A DNA stretch of 64,000 bases from Ptychomitrium polyphyllum. Lineage: Eukaryota. The notes under the pieces were generated by a model. That model saw nothing but the letters and a program-made list of their open reading frames with translations. It was not told the DNA's origin and made no database searches. A program made the translations under genes and the position numbers. Below, piece after piece: positions 60,501-64,000 of the stretch (the first letter of the stretch is position 1; the number at the start of each line of letters is the position of its first letter). The stretch lies in assembly GCA_973851085.1 (NCBI GenBank), contig OZ316775.1, positions 14,446,001-14,510,000 on the forward strand, written 5' to 3'.

Positions 60501-63500
60501 ACCAATCACTGTACCAGTCTCAACTCACAGTTGCTGGACGATGGTGACCTGTCCCTTATTATACATTTCAGCTCAAATAAATGAAGACTGTGACATTTGC
60601 CACACAATTTTGCCCAGTTAGTACATGTAATGAACCTCATTGTAGACTGCATGAAACTTTGTATGCCGAAGAGTTCCCTCAATGTTTTCTACTTCCAGGT
60701 CTGGATTCTTGCAAGTTTTGCTGATGTTAGTAAGCTTGCATGGTTTGGGCACAAGTTCTGAGCTTTAAGGTTGGTGGTTTTAGAGTTTTATCTCATAAAT
60801 CAAATCTTGATGGTTTCATTAGAGCAGGTATGAGTATGGATTGATATTGACATTGCTCTGTAAGTTAGCCAGGCAGGAAATTGTTGTAACAACCAATTGG
60901 TCCTATTTCCAAATTTGTAACAATATGTGCTATGAACATTTGAACAAAGTGATTTTCAATCATTGTAATTTTATTTTTTTTAACTATAGAAAATGTATAT
61001 TGAAAAGCGGTTGATGTTTTGCATTCTTCTATTACATAGATCATAGATATCATATGGTAAATGACATTTGTATTCATGTTGCTAAAGATATTCTATATGG
61101 CCATTATAAGAATGTCAAAAGTTTTTTTAAGATGCTAAAGCTCCAACTTTGATTGCTACAAGTAGTGCTACATTCTATCATCTAACAAAGATACCACTGA
61201 TAAGTAATTGAAGTTTGTATATTTTCCTTTCTATAATTTTTGAGGAATCTATCATTACAATATGTACCTTCAAAAAATTAGACTATCAATGGTTGTTAAT
61301 ATAGTGTTTATATTTATTATAATTGTACATTTGAAGAGTTGTAGTAAATAGTCAAAAATGCCTACATTGGTATTTTTATAATGTATACACAATACATATA
61401 AAACAATTGGTTCAATGTAAGGCTCAATTTTTTAATTTAGGAAGGGATTGTCAACTTCTTAAATGTAAGAATGTCAAAAAAGAAGTGTAGTACAACATAT
61501 GTATTTGAAATGGGCCAATATATGATTTATAGTTTTGATATTCATTATTATTAAAGAATGGCAAGGACCATAATAGTCATTGGATCACTTAAAAATATCT
61601 AGTGTATCACTTTAAAATATAAATTTTCTAATCTTCAAATGGCATTAAGAAAATTTGCTATATTATTCTCCAATACACTTAAAACATACATTTTAATGTG
61701 AATAGGGTTCTATTTCAAAGAACTCATGAATTAATTGAGTGACAATATTAAGTATATCTTTGATAAGCTATATATTGTCTCCTATAGTGCCATGATTTTT
61801 TTATATATCTTTTGAATTGTTGATAACGGACATTTTATAGAAGCTATTGGCAATTCTAGCACAAATACATGTCTCTATCATGTTAATTTTGTTTAATAGT
61901 GGTTGGAAATTTAATAAGCAATTTACACTTTAAAATGATTGAGTTGATTTAGTTTAATAGTGCAAAAAATAGATGCATTCCTAAACATCATATTTATTAA
62001 ATCAAGACATTTTAGAATTTCAATTTACGACATTTTGGACCCTTGAAAACTAAAGATGGTAGTTTCACAAGTGTATAGTTTGTCTCAAAATAACAAATAT
62101 GAACATTGTAGGTATACAAATAATTTCTTTGATGTAAAATTGGAATTGCTAGATTCTTGTTGTTGATACAAATTGCTTAGATTTGTGCTTTAAATGCGTC
62201 AAATTCATTTTCAAATTTTTAAAGCAACTGATTACTGTACATTTGAAAAAACCACAATCCATTCTTGTTTATTTAGAGAATTTATTTAATTTGTTTAATT
62301 GTATTTGTATACTTGCTAGTTTATTAGAAATAATTGTTAAATTGCTTACATGTAGTGTAGAGCTAATTTTATGTTTTGAAGTTCCAAAGCTATAACTTAT
62401 TGATGGAAAAAGTTGTAAAGAAGAGAGTGAGTACTCTTAGAAGGTTTTAGATCCATCTGTATAGGATCAATTTTAATTAGATGAGTTGATTAAAGGTGGA
62501 AGTAATTTAGAAAGAAATTACTTTTTAAAGAATCAGTAATGTGAAAGCTAAGATTGATAACTTCCCTTAAATTTAGGTGGTTTGATAATTAACAACAATT
62601 AGGATTAAATTAGCAATAGAATTTATAATTAGATATAATTTAGTATATATATAAAAGAGCCATCTTGGAAATGGCATGTATTTTTGTTGGCTCTTTATGC
62701 AAGTTTTTGAACTCTTTTTTGTACATTGTCTTTTTGCTAATACATTTTTTGTATCATCTTCAAGTTTTTATCTCTGGTGAATTGACTACAATTATAAATT
62801 GGAATCTAAATTAGATTCAAGTGTATACCTTGAAGACTAATAAATGTACAATGGTGAAAACTACTATTTTGTATTATTATGTGTTGCCTAGTTGGTTACA
62901 ATTTGATAGAATGACTAATTGGCAAGAAAATCTTCAAAGTAGTATTTTTTACACTTAACAATTTATATATATAAAAGAATTAAACTCATTTCGTTGATGG
63001 TGGTGATGAAGTGAATAATGATGGTAGAAGGTTCTAAAAAGATGATTCTTTTAGAAGAATCTATGATGTTCTTTAGACTAGAATTATAAGGTTCAAATAA
63101 AGACCAAGAGAATTGAGACTTAGCCTTACATCTAATTGTGTTTGGACCTCCCTTATATTCATCTTGCTTGTCTAATCTCATCTCTACTGTCTTGTATTTC
63201 AATTGATTATGGATACATTCATGTGAATTGTACATATTAGATATCTCAGTTTTAACTTAGTAGGAACAAAAACTTATAGATTGTAGAAGTGTGTGAAGGT
63301 CATTGATGCTTGACACATTTGTAGGAAGTTATGGAATGCAAATCCTTGTTATTGAAGCTTAAAGATGAGCATTGGTCGTTCTTAAAGTGTATTTGAAAAA
63401 AACATGACTTTTGTGAGTGTTTGATAGAATTTGTAAGTGAGTAGTTCTAGTATGAATTGATCTTTAAGCTTAAAGAGCTTATAATTGTGCAAGTGGAGTA

Positions 63501-63560
63501 AATATAACATTTCTTAGAATGTGTTAGTTGCTTAAGGAGTTTGGATTTGTTGTGGTTTAT

Positions 63561-64000
63561 TGTTGAAGGTGGATGCCCTTTAGAATCCAAGAGATATTGA
63601 AGTCTTCTTGAAAAGTCATCTAGAAAGGTTCTTAGAAGGTTTAGGAAGCTTCCAAGGAAGTTACCTAGGCTTAAGAAACTGCCAAAGAAGTTACCTCAGC
63701 TTAGGAAGCTTCCAAGGAAGTTACATGGGCTTAGAAAGCTACCAAGGAAGTTATCTCGGTTTATGAAGCTTCCAAAGAAGTTATCTAAGCTTAGGAAGCT
63801 TCCAAGGAAGCAATTTGAGGTTGCTTCAATACAAAGCAATATACTAGAAGCTTCTCAAGAAGCTTCTCAGGCTTCTTCTTTTAGTATATATAAGAGTCAA
63901 GGTTGAAGGAATCTTTAGTCTCAACAACGCATCTTTTGTGGTCTAGTTCATACCTTCTGGCCTTCTCTTTGTACTTTGTTATAGTTCTTTACTTCTAATA
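63561..64000 (+). mobile_element. LTR-like unit running off the window edge, with a 30-bp tandem array
   Basis: Starts tgttg. 5.7 copies of ttaggaagcttccaaggaagttacctaggc at 63641-63810, agaagcttct motifs, tatatataag at ~63885. Same architecture as 54077-54523. Confidence 0.65.

Larger units (their letters stand above)
50800..63560. mobile_element. Large AT-rich block of nested, highly decayed transposon remnants
   Basis: About 13 kb with no credible intact gene. Contains the LTR-like, RT-like and GCM-like relics listed separately and short tandem duplications (52861-52993, 56402-56500). Confidence 0.6.

Noticed and set aside
63641..63810. 30-bp repeat array as a CRISPR array
   Set aside because: Units are contiguous with no unique spacers, there are no cas genes, and the context is a eukaryotic LTR. 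The same applies to 54110-54275.

Overview
Eukaryotic plant genomic DNA with spliceosomal introns. It is most likely a moss or other bryophyte: it carries a ciliary IFT54 gene, which implies flagellated sperm, and gene islands alternate with very AT-rich decayed transposon DNA. The gene-rich part (1-50 kb) holds a C-terminal-AP2 transcription factor, IFT54/TRAF3IP1, VDAC, IMPACT (RWD+YigZ), a CYSTM-like peptide plus a dead copy, an intronless STP hexose transporter, a RING-CH (MARCH-type) membrane E3 ligase, an orphan UBL-domain ORF, cytosolic SHMT and a DUF868 gene. It also holds several pseudogene fragments (class III peroxidase, PP1-docking-motif protein) and MITE-like inverted repeats. The last ~13.5 kb is mostly degenerate TE DNA, including two LTR-like units with 30-31 bp tandem arrays. 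The most striking signal is in the RING-CH gene: two gaplessly alignable, tandemly duplicated transmembrane-coding segments can only be spliced mutually exclusively, giving an E3 ligase with a swappable membrane module. Second is a dispersed family of helically phased 11-bp repeats upstream of several genes. All gene models were derived by eye from splice signals and remembered family motifs; no database searches were run.
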